Position numbers and translations under genes: made by a program. The notes under the pieces are model-generated. The model did not search any database. It worked only from the letters and a program-made list of their open reading frames with translations, and was not told the origin of the DNA. Shown here in pieces: positions 49,204 to 61,198 of a stretch of DNA of 64,000 nt. The stretch comes from Bacteroidales bacterium. GTDB taxonomy: Bacteria; Bacteroidota; Bacteroidia; Bacteroidales; B18-G4. The stretch is from contig JAGYLD010000005.1 in NCBI GenBank assembly GCA_018401355.1, positions 1,892-65,891 on the forward strand, read 5' to 3'. Numbering within the stretch: the first letter of the stretch is position 1; the number at the start of each line of letters is the position of its first letter.

Positions 49204-50292
49204 TTGCCGGATTTAAAAAAAGTTCTCATTTGTCCTCTTGATTGGGGCCTTGGTCATGCAACCAGGTGCGTACCCATTATTAACCATATACAGGAGCAAG
49301 GCCATAAGGTAATCCTGGCTGGTAATGGAAGGTCATCAGAGTTTTTAAAAAAAGAGTTTCCCCATCTGGAATGTCTGGAACTTCCTGATTATAATATTAA
49401 ATACCCTGAAAAAGGAAATATGATTTGGGCCATGATCCGGCAAATCCCAAAAATCTTAAAAAATATTCAGTCCGAAAAAAAGGTGGTTCAGCAGCTCGTA
49501 AAAGAACACGAAATAAATGTTATTATTTCAGACAACCGTTTTGGTTGCAGGAACCACAAATCCACAAGCGTTTATATTACACATCAGGTAATGATAAAAG
49601 TCCCAAAAGGTATGCATTGGATTGAACCCTTCCTTCATCACTTTCACAAGCGTTACATAAAAAAGTTCGATTTTTGCTGGATCCCTGACTTCCCGGGAAA
49701 GCCCAATTTATCAGGAGATCTCTCTCATAAATATTACTGTCACAGGAATACAAGATTCATTGGTCCGCTTTCAAGGTTCAGAAAAAATGTAAGTTCCGGA
49801 ACTGATAAAAGAAAACAAATAGACATTCTTGCCATTATTTCGGGTCCCGAACCACAGAGAAGCATTTTCCAGGATATCGTCGAGACGAAATTTCGGAGTA
49901 TGAAAGGTAATTTCATGATCATTGCAGGAAAAACTGAATCCTCTTCAAAAAAACAATATGTTGAAGGTATAACCATATATGACCATCTGGATTCAGATCG
50001 GCTTCATTCCTATATATCACAGGCAAGGTTTGTTCTTTGCAGATCCGGGTATTCTTCTGTAATGGATATGGTTTCTATGAATAAGAAAGCCCTGCTTGTT
50101 CCCACGCCAGGACAGACAGAACAGGAGTATCTCGCTAAATATCTGAAGATGAACAATCTTTTTGATTTTGCCGATCAAAAAACCTTTGTACATCAAAACC
50201 TTCCCAAAGCAGAAGACCTTCCTGAGCCAAAATTAAATTATACAAAGACGAGCTTATTGGACTGTGCATGGAAAGAAATAGGCAAAAGTTAA
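49204..50292 (+). CDS. GT-B glycosyltransferase (MurG/GT28-like family)
   Basis: N-terminal ...ICPLDWGLGHATRCVPII... and a C-terminal nucleotide-sugar binding half (...RSGYSSVMDM...PTPGQTEQ). TTG start. Confidence 0.6.
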   Translation: MPDLKKVLICPLDWGLGHATRCVPIINHIQEQGHKVILAGNGRSSEFLKKEFPHLECLELPDYNIKYPEKGNMIWAMIRQIPKILKNIQSEKKVVQQLVKEHEINVIISDNRFGCRNHKSTSVYITHQVMIKVPKGMHWIEPFLHHFHKRYIKKFDFCWIPDFPGKPNLSGDLSHKYYCHRNTRFIGPLSRFRKNVSSGTDKRKQIDILAIISGPEPQRSIFQDIVETKFRSMKGNFMIIAGKTESSSKKQYVEGITIYDHLDSDRLHSYISQARFVLCRSGYSSVMDMVSMNKKALLVPTPGQTEQEYLAKYLKMNNLFDFADQKTFVHQNLPKAEDLPEPKLNYTKTSLLDCAWKEIGKS

Positions 50293-50335
50293 ATGTTTGT
50301 TATAAATTTGTCTCAACATAAAAAATAAAAAAAGC

Positions 50336-51133
50336 ATGCTCAATTATATCACATGGAATCCGGATCCAGAGATCTTTGAACTTGGCAGGTTCTCGATAAG
50401 ATGGTATGGTTTACTATTTGCACTTGCCTTTGTTTCCGGATATTTCATCATTCAAAACATCTTCAGGTATGAAAAGATTCCTTTGAAGCTTCTGGACAAG
50501 CTGGCCACATATATGATCATTGCAACCGTTGTAGGAGCCAGGCTTGGTCATTGTTTTTTTTACGAACCCGAATATTATCTCCGAAATCCCTGGGAAATAT
50601 TATATATATGGAAGGGTGGGCTGGCAAGCCATGGCGCAGCAATTGCCATAATTATTGCACTGCTGATATTCTCCAGAAAATACAATCTAAGCCTCGTTTG
50701 GATCTTAGACAGGATAGTCATTGTTGTTGCGCTGGCCGGTGCTTTTATCAGAACCGGCAATCTGATGAATTCAGAAATCTTCGGTAAGCCGGCAGAACTG
50801 CCATGGGCTTTTATTTTCCTAAGGAGCGATGAGATACCACGTCATCCAACACAGATATACGAAGCATTATCCTATCTGATAATTTTTATTTTCCTTTATG
50901 CTGTCTATTACTATAAAAAGGGGCATCCCAAGCCAGGATTATTGTTTGGCATGTTCATGTTCCTGGTTTTCACAGCACGATTTCTCATAGAGTTTCTTAA
51001 AGAACCTCAGGTTTCATTTGAACAGAGTATGGCATTAAATATGGGTCAGTGGCTTAGCATACCATTTATAATTATCGGGCTTATGGCTGTCTTTTGGCCA
51101 CGTAAGAAAAAAAATATTGCCCCTGAAAATTAA
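50336..51133 (+). CDS. lgt: prolipoprotein diacylglyceryl transferase
   Basis: IRWYGLLFALAF, GARLGH, GGLASHG, HPTQIYE. Confidence 0.9.
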   Translation: MLNYITWNPDPEIFELGRFSIRWYGLLFALAFVSGYFIIQNIFRYEKIPLKLLDKLATYMIIATVVGARLGHCFFYEPEYYLRNPWEILYIWKGGLASHGAAIAIIIALLIFSRKYNLSLVWILDRIVIVVALAGAFIRTGNLMNSEIFGKPAELPWAFIFLRSDEIPRHPTQIYEALSYLIIFIFLYAVYYYKKGHPKPGLLFGMFMFLVFTARFLIEFLKEPQVSFEQSMALNMGQWLSIPFIIIGLMAVFWPRKKKNIAPEN

Positions 51134-51150
51134 AAGTAAGCTCCAATTTT

Positions 51151-54100
51151 CTAACGGAACATTTCTATATTGCCCATGAGGGCAGAGTCAACTTCTGTAC
51201 TTAATTCTTCCTGACCATTTCTTCTGGCAAGCTGAGCTATTTCCTGGAGGACAGAAAGTGCCTGCCGCAAATTGGTATTGTAGTATGTATCCACAAAAGC
51301 AGGATCCAGTGAAGCATAATATCCTAATTCATCAGTATAAATCTCAGAAAGACGCTCAACCAGGGCATTGGCTTTATCAATTGCGCCTGCATCATAATAT
51401 ACCTTTGCGAAAGGAACCATCAAAAGGTCGAAATGAATTTTTCTATCCGGGAAATAATAAATACAAGTATCAAGTGCGGCAACGGCTTCTTCATTCCTTC
51501 CCTCATTGACAAGGGCCTGTGCCAGGCGGAGAAAATTCTGCCTTGGCATCCTGGAGTTCCTGTAACTCTCACGGTCAACAGTTACATCAGGATCATTTAA
51601 ATTCCCGAATTTACACTTGTTCATGAGAATGTCAAACGATGCATCTGTATAAACTCCTCCAATATTGGGAATAAACTCTTTGGCTTTAACAGGCATAAAG
51701 CGGTATACAAACCCTTCCATATGACAATATTCATCAACATCGAAAACCTTGTTCATTGATGAAGGGTTGGCAAAATAAATTGGCCTTTCCCAATTATTGC
51801 TTGCCAGGAAGTCTAAGAACATCAGGTCATTTTTGTATAAAGCACCTTGCTTGATTTTCCAGGTAATCTCAGGAACTATCTGATCAGCCATTTCAGGAGG
51901 AACAATTCCATTATCAACACATTTGGCGGAATCTACGGTTAACTTCAGGTGTTTTGTTGGCAAATAATTAATCCTCTCTCCATTCTGCAAAGGCCATTGT
52001 GTTCTGACATCTTTGCTTGCAATAAAATCCACCACATCCTTTAATTCCACCGGTCCCTCTATGTTTCTGTTTATAAAGGGAACGTACATGTTTACGCCTT
52101 TTTCATACTGATCCGGGGTCAGTGTAAACTTTAATGGTTTTGCATCATACACTTTCCTGCCAAGTTGGTGAATATACCAGTATCCTGATGCCAGCATATA
52201 GTTAACCACCCTGACGTCGGTTCTCACCCCTTCAACTTCCTGAACATACCAAAGCGGGAAAGTATCGTTATCACCGTTCGTGATCAAAATAGCATCAGGC
52301 TCGCAGGAATTAAGGTAATTGATGGCGAAATCCCTGGCAGCATATTTTCCGGAACGATCATGGTCATCCCAGCCCTCTTTTGCCATTATGCCAGGAACAA
52401 GGATCAGGCATGCCAGTGTTACAAGAATGGCATTTAAGGTTTTGTTAGATAGTTTTTTTGATAACACATTATAAAGGGATAATACACCCAGGCCTATCCA
52501 TATGGAAAAAGCATAAAATGAACCTGCATAGGCATAATCCCTTTCCCTTGGCTGATAAGGATACTGATTCAAATACACTACAATGGCAAGCCCGGTCATG
52601 ATAAACAACAACGCAACAACCAGGGTATCCTTTTTATGTGTATTCATATGAAAGAATAAGCCAATAAGGCCAAGGATCAGCGGCAGAAAATAGAACTTAT
52701 TATGTGCAGGATTCTCCCTGTTTTCCGGCAAATCACTTTGATCACCCAGCCTCATGCTATCAATGAAATTAATCCCGCTTATCCAGTTTCCATGCTCAGG
52801 TTCTCCCTGGCTTTCAACATCGTTTTGCCGTCCTGCGAAATTCCACATAAAGTATCGTAAATACATGTGGCCAACCTGATATGAAAAGAAAAACCTCAAA
52901 TTATCCAAAAAGCTGGGTTTGGTAATTACATCGGAAGTACCATCACTTTTCTCTACCCTAATGGGGATACCATTTCCCATATATTGTTTATATATCCTCT
53001 TATGCTCCGGTTTTTGATTGCTCCACATTCTTGGAAACAATGTAGTAAACCTGGGATCATAAACAGGAATGCTTGACTCCTTACTGTCAGTAATAATATA
53101 TTTTCCTCTTTCCCAATCCTTGACATATACCGGATTGCCATCCTTATAATCCACAACTGGCGCGTTAAAATACTGTCCGTAAGTTATTGGCCAGTCACCA
53201 TATTGTTCCCTATTAAGATAGGAAAGCAGAGCAATTGCATCTTTCGGACTATTTTCATCGATGGGGGTGTTGGCATTTGAGCGAATAATCAGCATAAAAA
53301 AGGAAGAATAACCGATAATTATGAAAACAAAAGCCAAAATGACGGTATTGAATACAACTTTCCTGGTTTTTGCGGTGTAGTGTAATCCCCATACAATCAA
53401 GCCGATCAAAAGAATAAAATAAACAATGGTTCCACTGTTAAAAGGTAAGCCAATAGTATTTACAAAGAACAACTCAAAAACACTGCTGAGTTCAACTATC
53501 CCAGGAATAATCAGATACATTATTATCGAGAGAATAATAAAAGAAAGCAAAAGGGTTAAGATAACACCTTTTGTGCTGACTTTATACTTTTTAAAGTAAT
53601 AAACAAATGCTATTGCCGGGATGGCCAACAGATTAAGCAAGTGAACCCCGATCGAGAGGCCCATCAAAAAAGCAATAAAAATAATCCATCTGTAAGAATG
53701 CTTTTCATCAGCAACAGCTTCCCACTTCAAAATTGACCAAAAAACAAGTGCAGTAAAGAATGAGGACATGGCATACACTTCGCCTTCAACGGCTGAGAAC
53801 CAAAAAGAATCACTGAAAGCAAATGCAAGAGCGCCAACGAGCCCGCTTCCCAAAATGGCATAAAGGTTGGAATTATTCATAGTTCCTTCCTTTATGATGA
53901 TCTTTTTAGCCAGCATGGTAATGGTCCAGAACAAGAACATTATGGTAAAGCTGCTCGACAATGCAGACATTGCATTGATCATTAGAGCAACATTGGATGT
54001 ATCCCCAAAAGCAAATAATGAAAAGAAACGACCAACCAGCTGAAACAGTGGAGCTCCAGGGGGATGCCCTACTTGTAACTTATAGGCTGTGGCAATATAT

Positions 54101-54213
54101 TCGCCACAATCCCACCAGCTTGCAGTTGGCTCAAGTGTCAGAAAATAAACGCTTGTTGCAATCGCAAAAACGATCCATCCGAGGATATTGTTGTACTTTT
54201 TAAATTTTTCCAT
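51151..54213 (-). CDS. DUF2723 (GT117 / TMEM260-like) large membrane protein with C-terminal TPR-like region
   Basis: N-terminus ...LTLEPTASWWDCGEYIATAYKLQVGHPPGAPLFQL... is characteristic of DUF2723. About 12 TM spans, then a soluble domain. Confidence 0.8.
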   Translation of the reverse strand: MEKFKKYNNILGWIVFAIATSVYFLTLEPTASWWDCGEYIATAYKLQVGHPPGAPLFQLVGRFFSLFAFGDTSNVALMINAMSALSSSFTIMFLFWTITMLAKKIIIKEGTMNNSNLYAILGSGLVGALAFAFSDSFWFSAVEGEVYAMSSFFTALVFWSILKWEAVADEKHSYRWIIFIAFLMGLSIGVHLLNLLAIPAIAFVYYFKKYKVSTKGVILTLLLSFIILSIIMYLIIPGIVELSSVFELFFVNTIGLPFNSGTIVYFILLIGLIVWGLHYTAKTRKVVFNTVILAFVFIIIGYSSFFMLIIRSNANTPIDENSPKDAIALLSYLNREQYGDWPITYGQYFNAPVVDYKDGNPVYVKDWERGKYIITDSKESSIPVYDPRFTTLFPRMWSNQKPEHKRIYKQYMGNGIPIRVEKSDGTSDVITKPSFLDNLRFFFSYQVGHMYLRYFMWNFAGRQNDVESQGEPEHGNWISGINFIDSMRLGDQSDLPENRENPAHNKFYFLPLILGLIGLFFHMNTHKKDTLVVALLFIMTGLAIVVYLNQYPYQPRERDYAYAGSFYAFSIWIGLGVLSLYNVLSKKLSNKTLNAILVTLACLILVPGIMAKEGWDDHDRSGKYAARDFAINYLNSCEPDAILITNGDNDTFPLWYVQEVEGVRTDVRVVNYMLASGYWYIHQLGRKVYDAKPLKFTLTPDQYEKGVNMYVPFINRNIEGPVELKDVVDFIASKDVRTQWPLQNGERINYLPTKHLKLTVDSAKCVDNGIVPPEMADQIVPEITWKIKQGALYKNDLMFLDFLASNNWERPIYFANPSSMNKVFDVDEYCHMEGFVYRFMPVKAKEFIPNIGGVYTDASFDILMNKCKFGNLNDPDVTVDRESYRNSRMPRQNFLRLAQALVNEGRNEEAVAALDTCIYYFPDRKIHFDLLMVPFAKVYYDAGAIDKANALVERLSEIYTDELGYYASLDPAFVDTYYNTNLRQALSVLQEIAQLARRNGQEELSTEVDSALMGNIEMFR

Positions 54214-54340
54214 TGAAAACGGATTATTTGATGTAACGCTGAGCGAAAATATAAATTTTTAATTTATCTTTTGTTCCGGGAATTAATTTTAGCAATAATT
54301 AACAAAGACGAGTCAAAAAAAAGAAAGATAAACCAATCAC

Positions 54341-54371
54341 TTTGTGCATTTAAAAAATATTATTATTTTTG
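54341..54371 (+). promoter_or_regulatory. Bacteroidota-type promoter for tRNA-Gln (-33 TTTG, 19-nt spacer, -7 TAnnTTTG)
   Basis: tttg (54341-54344), a 19-nt spacer, then tatttttg (54364-54371). The mature tRNA 5' end is 22 nt downstream. Confidence 0.5.
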
Positions 54372-54392
54372 CACTCCAAAATTACAAAGGAT

Positions 54393-54465
54393 TGTCCGAT
54401 GGTGTAATTGGCAACACGTCTGATTTTGGTTCAGAAGAGTCCAGGTTCGAGCCCTGGTCGGACAA
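54393..54465 (+). tRNA. tRNA-Gln (anticodon UUG)
   Basis: Hand-folded cloverleaf. Acceptor TGTCCGA/TCGGACA. D arm GTGT-AATTGGCA-ACAC. Anticodon arm TCTGA-TT[TTG]GT-TCAGA. T arm CCAGG-TTCGAGC-CCTGG. U8 and A14 present, 73 nt, no encoded CCA. Confidence 0.85.
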
Positions 54466-54485
54466 CAGGAGAACTAACTATGTGT

Positions 54486-54510
54486 GAGGGGACAAATGTC
54501 CCCTCTTTTA
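54486..54510 (+). terminator. strong intrinsic terminator / attenuator hairpin between tRNA-Gln and rimP
   Basis: GAGGGGAC-aaat-GTCCCCTC (8 perfect bp) followed by TTTTATT. It ends 8 nt before the rimP ATG. Confidence 0.75.
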
Positions 54511-54517
54511 TTGCAGA

Positions 54518-54991
54518 ATGATAAAGACTGAAGAAATAAGGCAACTTATTGAAAATCTGTTAAAAGGAAGTGATAAGTTCCTGGTTGACATCCTGGTAAA
54601 ACCTGGAAATAAAATATTTATTTTTATCGATGGGGATAAAGGTGTCACCATAGACAATTGTAAAGAGGTCAGCAGGTTCGTTGAAAATCAGTTAAACAGG
54701 GACAATGAGGATTTTGAGTTGAATGTTTCCTCACCCGGAGTGGATCATCCATTAAAACTCAGGAAACAATATCCAAAAAACATTGGAAGGATCATTGATG
54801 TAACTTTAAAGAATGGATCGATACTGAGCGGTAAGCTGGTTCAGGTATCTGAAGAAAAGATTACCATTGACACTACTGCAAAAGTCAAGAAAAAAAAGAA
54901 AAAAAATCAAAAGGAACCTGAAACAGATCCAATACAGAATATTCCTTTTGACAACATATATGAAACAAAGGTCAGGATATCATTTAAATAG
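54518..54991 (+). CDS. rimP: ribosome maturation factor RimP
   Basis: 157 aa. Position upstream of nusA. ...LEVSSPG-like motif (LNVSSPGVDHPL). Confidence 0.85.
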   Translation: MIKTEEIRQLIENLLKGSDKFLVDILVKPGNKIFIFIDGDKGVTIDNCKEVSRFVENQLNRDNEDFELNVSSPGVDHPLKLRKQYPKNIGRIIDVTLKNGSILSGKLVQVSEEKITIDTTAKVKKKKKKNQKEPETDPIQNIPFDNIYETKVRISFK

Positions 54992-55002
54992 AACTAGAAA
55001 AA

Positions 55003-56238
55003 ATGGATGTTATCAATTTAGTTGAAACCTTTTCGGAATTTAAGGAATTCAAAAATATAGACAGGGAAACCCTGATGAAAATCATCGAAGATATTTTCAG
55101 GCATATGCTTGCCAAGAGATATGGTTCGGATGAGAATTTTGACATTATCGTGAACATCGACAAGGGAGACCTGGAAATATGGAGAAACAGGGAGATTGTT
55201 GAAGATGGTGCGGTTGAAGATGAAAACATGGAAATCGCACTATCAGAAGCCATCAAGATAGAACCGGATTTTGAAGTTGGAGAGGAAGTGTCTGAAGAAC
55301 TGAAGCTTCAGGATTTTGGACGCAGAGAGATCTTGTCCATCAGGCAAAACCTGATCTCCAAGATCCAGGAATATGAGAAAGACAATGTATACAACAAGTA
55401 CAGGGAAAAAATTGGCGAAATCATAACCGGTGAAGTATACCAGGTCTGGAAAAAGGAGATCCTTGTGCTGGATGATGAAAACATAGAGCTGATACTCCCA
55501 AAATCTGAACAGATCCCATCAGATTATTACAGAAAAGGCGATACCATCAGAGCAGTTGTATTGAAAGTGGATATGAAAAACAATACCCCTGTAATTATTT
55601 TATCAAGAACATCGCCGGTATTCCTGGAAAGGCTTTTTGAGTCAGAAGTCCCTGAAGTTTATGACGGCCTGATTACAATAAAAAATATTGTCAGGGTACC
55701 CGGTGAACGTGCAAAGATATCCGTTGAGTCATACGACGACAGGATAGATCCTGTAGGCGCTTGCGTTGGAATGAAGGGAAGCAGAATCCACGGAATAGTG
55801 AGGGAATTAAAAAATGAAAATATTGATGTAATCAATTTTACTTCAAACCCGACATTGTATATACAGAGAGCTTTGAGCCCTGCTAAAATTACTTCCATAA
55901 ATATTGATGAAAGCGAAAGCAAAGCGGAAGTATACATGAAACCCGACCAGGTATCTCTTGCCATTGGCAAAGGTGGCTATAATATTAAACTTGCCGGAAA
56001 ACTAACAGGTTACGAAATTGATGTATACAGAGACACCGACATGGATTCCGAAGATGTTGACCTTCTGGAATTTTCTGATGAAATCGACCAGTGGATCATA
56101 GATGAGTTGAAAGCAATAGGATGTGATACTGCTAAAAGTGTCATTGAACTTGATTCAGAGGAGTTGGTAAAGAGAACAGATCTTGAATTAGAAACCATAA
56201 AAGAGGTATTAAAAATACTAAAAGCCGAATTTGAATAA
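55003..56238 (+). CDS. nusA: transcription termination/antitermination factor NusA
   Basis: S1 domain (GEIITGEV...) and KH domains (...DPVGACVGMKGSRI..., ...LAIGKGGYNIKLA...). Confidence 0.93.
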   Translation: MDVINLVETFSEFKEFKNIDRETLMKIIEDIFRHMLAKRYGSDENFDIIVNIDKGDLEIWRNREIVEDGAVEDENMEIALSEAIKIEPDFEVGEEVSEELKLQDFGRREILSIRQNLISKIQEYEKDNVYNKYREKIGEIITGEVYQVWKKEILVLDDENIELILPKSEQIPSDYYRKGDTIRAVVLKVDMKNNTPVIILSRTSPVFLERLFESEVPEVYDGLITIKNIVRVPGERAKISVESYDDRIDPVGACVGMKGSRIHGIVRELKNENIDVINFTSNPTLYIQRALSPAKITSINIDESESKAEVYMKPDQVSLAIGKGGYNIKLAGKLTGYEIDVYRDTDMDSEDVDLLEFSDEIDQWIIDELKAIGCDTAKSVIELDSEELVKRTDLELETIKEVLKILKAEFE

Positions 56239-56285
56239 AAAATATTTGGTAATTACAGCAAAAAGTTAATTTTGGGAAAGATTAT

Positions 56286-59200
56286 ATGTCTGAAGATTCA
56301 AAAACAACGAGATTAAGTAAAGCAGCCAGGGAATTTAACGTTGGTATTACCACGATTGTTGAAACCTTACTAAAAAAAGGTTTTGAAATCGAAACCAAAC
56401 CCAACACAAAATTAACTCCTGAAATGTATGCCATTCTTTCAAAAGAGTTTCAAAAAGAAAAGGATGTAAAGGAAGTTGCTCGCCAGAAAGACATTGGTAA
56501 AGGGTTACATACAACAATCGTCCTGGATGAATTATCTCCAAAAGAAAGAGACGAAGAAGAATTTGAAGATGATTTCAAGGAACCAGATGTCATGATCACA
56601 GATGTAAGTCCTGGTTCACTTGAAGAAAAGCCTGTTGTCAGCAAGCAAGAAAAGAAAGAGGAAACAAAAACCGTTGCTGAAGAAGAGAAAAAAGAAGTTG
56701 TAGAAAAAGTTGTAGAAGAAGAAAAAGAAACTAAACCACCAAAACAAGAAACAGAAGAAAAGAAAGTCAAAGAAGAAAAAGAAGTCACAGAAGAAAAGGA
56801 AGTCGAAGAAGAAATCACCAGGAAAACAGACGAAGAAAAGAAAACAGAAGAAGTCCCTGAAGAAGAAGGACAATTGAAAGTTCTTGGTAAAATTGACCTC
56901 GAAAAAATTAATCAGAAAACAAAACCTTCTAAAAAATCAAAATCCAGTCCAGCCACTACCAAAAAAGACAAAAAAGAGGAACCAGCGGCTAAAAAAGAAG
57001 AGCAAGACCAGAAAGAGGAGAAGGAAAAGAAAAAAGAAACAGAAAAACCTGCTGAAAAACCTGCTGAAAAGGAAAAGAAAGAAGTTGATAAAAAAGAGCC
57101 GGAAAAAGAAACAGAAAGAATTGAAGCTAAAGAGGAAAAAATTAAGGAGGGAAAAACCAATAATTTCCTTCCCACCGAGGTAGAAAAACTTTCCGGACCA
57201 AAAATACTCGACAAGATTGACCTTCCGGAGGTTAAAAAAACTGCAAAGAAACCGGTTGCCTCCTCAAAGGATGAAAAAGTAGTTATCAAAAAGAAAAAAA
57301 GAAGAAGGATCAGCCCGGTTCAAAAGGATTCCAGGGATAAAAGAGGGGAAAAAGATGGGCCAAAGAGCAAAAAGCCAAGTAGAAAATCAAAGAGAGAAGT
57401 AAAAAGACCAGAACTGTCTGAAGAAGATATTCAGAAACAAATAAGGGAAACCCTGTCGAGGTTAAATCCAACAGGAAAATCAAAAGCGTCCAAGCACAGG
57501 AGGACCAAAAGAGCAGCCGTTTCACAAAGTAAGTTGGAAGAGGAAAAGAAACTTGAGGAAGAATCCAAAATCATTAAAGTTACTGAGTTTGTTACAGTGA
57601 ACGAACTGGCAACGATGATGGATGTTCCGCCTACTGATGTTATCTCTGCGTGTATGTCATTGGGCCTCTTTGTTTCAATTAATCAAAGGTTGGATGCAGA
57701 AACCCTGACTGTAGTGGCCGAAGAGTTTGGTTATCAGGTTGAATTTGTTAGTGTTGAAGTTCAGGAAGCCATAGATCATTTTGATGATGACTACACAGAC
57801 GATGATGAAGAAAAAGTTGAAAGATCACCCATTATTACGGTGATGGGGCATGTAGACCACGGTAAAACAAAGCTTCTCGACTATATAAGAAGAACAAATG
57901 TTGTAGCCGGAGAAGCCGGTGGTATCACACAGCATATTGGTGCTTATGAAGTTACACTCGAAAACGGCAAAAGCATTACATTTCTTGACACACCCGGACA
58001 CGAAGCATTTACAGCAATGCGCGCCAGGGGAGCAAAGATCACAGATGTTGCCATTATAGTAATCGCTGCTGATGATAATGTGATGCCCCAGACAAAAGAG
58101 GCCATCAATCATGCCCTTGCGGCAAATGTCCCCATTGTTTTTGCCATCAATAAAATTGACAAACCAAATGCAAATGTTGACCAGATAAAGCAAAAACTGG
58201 CAGATATGGATCTCCTGGTAGAAGATTGGGGAGGCAAATATCAAAGTCAGGAAATATCAGCCAAGAACGGTATCAACATTGACGAACTGTTGGAAAAGGT
58301 ATTACTTGAATCTGAACTACTTGAGCTTAAAGGCAATCCCAATAGACTTGCAAGCGGAACGGTTATAGAATCTTCACTTGACAAAGGACGGGGATATGTT
58401 GCCAAGATCCTGGTTCAAAACGGAACCCTTAATATTGGAGATGTTGTATTGGCGGGATCATACAGCGGCAGGGTAAAAGCCATGTATAATGAAAGAAATC
58501 AATCCATAAAAGAAGCAGGGCCATCAACCCCATTATTGATGCTTGGATTGAGTGGAGCACCACAAGCCGGTGACGGGTTCAATGTTATGAAAGATGAAAG
58601 AGAAGCAAGAAACATTGCAACCAAGCGTCAACAACTTCAAAGGGAACAGGGAATCAGGACTCAAAAACACATTACACTTGATGAAATCGGTCGTCGTATT
58701 GCCATCGGAGACTTCAAAGAATTGAATCTTATTGTTAAAGGTGATGTAGACGGATCGGTAGAAGCATTGTCTGATTCTTTACTTAAACTTTCAACAAACG
58801 AGGTTCAGGTCAACGTTATTCACCGTTCCGTTGGAGCAATTACAGAAACCGATGTCCTACTGGCCTCCGCCTCCGAAGCTATTATTGTTGGCTTCCAGGT
58901 AAGGCCCAGTCCCAGCGCACGTAAACTCGCAGAACAGGAACAGATTGACATCAGGTTGTATTCAATTATTTACCAGGCGATTGATGAGATCAAAGCAGCC
59001 ATTGAAGGCATGCTTGCACCTGAATACGAAGAGAAAATCACTTCTAACCTGGAAATAAGAGATGTATTCAAAATTTCCAAAGTTGGAACTGTGGCAGGAT
59101 GTTATGTCCTGGATGGTAAAATAAACCGGAAAACAAAAGTAAGGATCATCCGCAATGGCATTGTAGTTTATACCGGACATCTTGGATCCCTGAAAAGGTT

Positions 59201-59327
59201 TAAAGATGATGTTAAAGAAGTACAGGCCGGATATGAATGTGGATTGAACATCGAAAACTTTAATGACATCAAAGTTGGCGACATCATTGAAGGGTATGAA
59301 GAGGTTGAGGTAAAAAGAAAACTTTAG
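56286..59327 (+). CDS. infB: translation initiation factor IF-2
   Basis: 1013 aa. Long K/E-rich N-terminal region. GTPase domain [27 protein letters not shown]. Confidence 0.95.
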   Translation: MSEDSKTTRLSKAAREFNVGITTIVETLLKKGFEIETKPNTKLTPEMYAILSKEFQKEKDVKEVARQKDIGKGLHTTIVLDELSPKERDEEEFEDDFKEPDVMITDVSPGSLEEKPVVSKQEKKEETKTVAEEEKKEVVEKVVEEEKETKPPKQETEEKKVKEEKEVTEEKEVEEEITRKTDEEKKTEEVPEEEGQLKVLGKIDLEKINQKTKPSKKSKSSPATTKKDKKEEPAAKKEEQDQKEEKEKKKETEKPAEKPAEKEKKEVDKKEPEKETERIEAKEEKIKEGKTNNFLPTEVEKLSGPKILDKIDLPEVKKTAKKPVASSKDEKVVIKKKKRRRISPVQKDSRDKRGEKDGPKSKKPSRKSKREVKRPELSEEDIQKQIRETLSRLNPTGKSKASKHRRTKRAAVSQSKLEEEKKLEEESKIIKVTEFVTVNELATMMDVPPTDVISACMSLGLFVSINQRLDAETLTVVAEEFGYQVEFVSVEVQEAIDHFDDDYTDDDEEKVERSPIITVMGHVDHGKTKLLDYIRRTNVVAGEAGGITQHIGAYEVTLENGKSITFLDTPGHEAFTAMRARGAKITDVAIIVIAADDNVMPQTKEAINHALAANVPIVFAINKIDKPNANVDQIKQKLADMDLLVEDWGGKYQSQEISAKNGINIDELLEKVLLESELLELKGNPNRLASGTVIESSLDKGRGYVAKILVQNGTLNIGDVVLAGSYSGRVKAMYNERNQSIKEAGPSTPLLMLGLSGAPQAGDGFNVMKDEREARNIATKRQQLQREQGIRTQKHITLDEIGRRIAIGDFKELNLIVKGDVDGSVEALSDSLLKLSTNEVQVNVIHRSVGAITETDVLLASASEAIIVGFQVRPSPSARKLAEQEQIDIRLYSIIYQAIDEIKAAIEGMLAPEYEEKITSNLEIRDVFKISKVGTVAGCYVLDGKINRKTKVRIIRNGIVVYTGHLGSLKRFKDDVKEVQAGYECGLNIENFNDIKVGDIIEGYEEVEVKRKL

Positions 59328-59334
59328 ACCTGCC

Positions 59335-61090
<1,756 letters not shown>

Positions 61091-61111
61091 CGCTACAACA
61101 TTAAAATTCAG

Positions 61112-61134
61112 GATAAAATTACATAATTTTTATC
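61112..61134. promoter_or_regulatory. AT-rich inverted repeat, candidate Fur-box operator upstream of fur
   Basis: GATAAAA-N9-TTTTATC, 22-44 nt upstream of the fur ATG. The half-sites resemble the GATAAT/ATTATC Fur-box arms. Confidence 0.35.
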
Positions 61135-61198
61135 AAAATGAATTTGGTATAAATAAAAATAATTCAAAGTACGCCAGATTTAAGGTTTTCCTCCTGAA

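Noticed and set aside
54393-54465. tRNA-Gln as an integration site for a genomic island
   Set aside because: There is no integrase, direct repeat of the tRNA 3' end, or foreign-looking genes on either side. The neighbours are DUF2723 and rimP-nusA-infB.
56347-57525. Antisense ORFs (F/S-rich, up to 125 aa) opposite the infB 5' region, and a +1-frame K/R-rich ORF at 56884-57183
   Set aside because: They are artefacts of the GAA/AAA-rich DNA encoding the K/E-rich N-terminal region of IF-2, which is a common IF-2 feature and not novel in itself.
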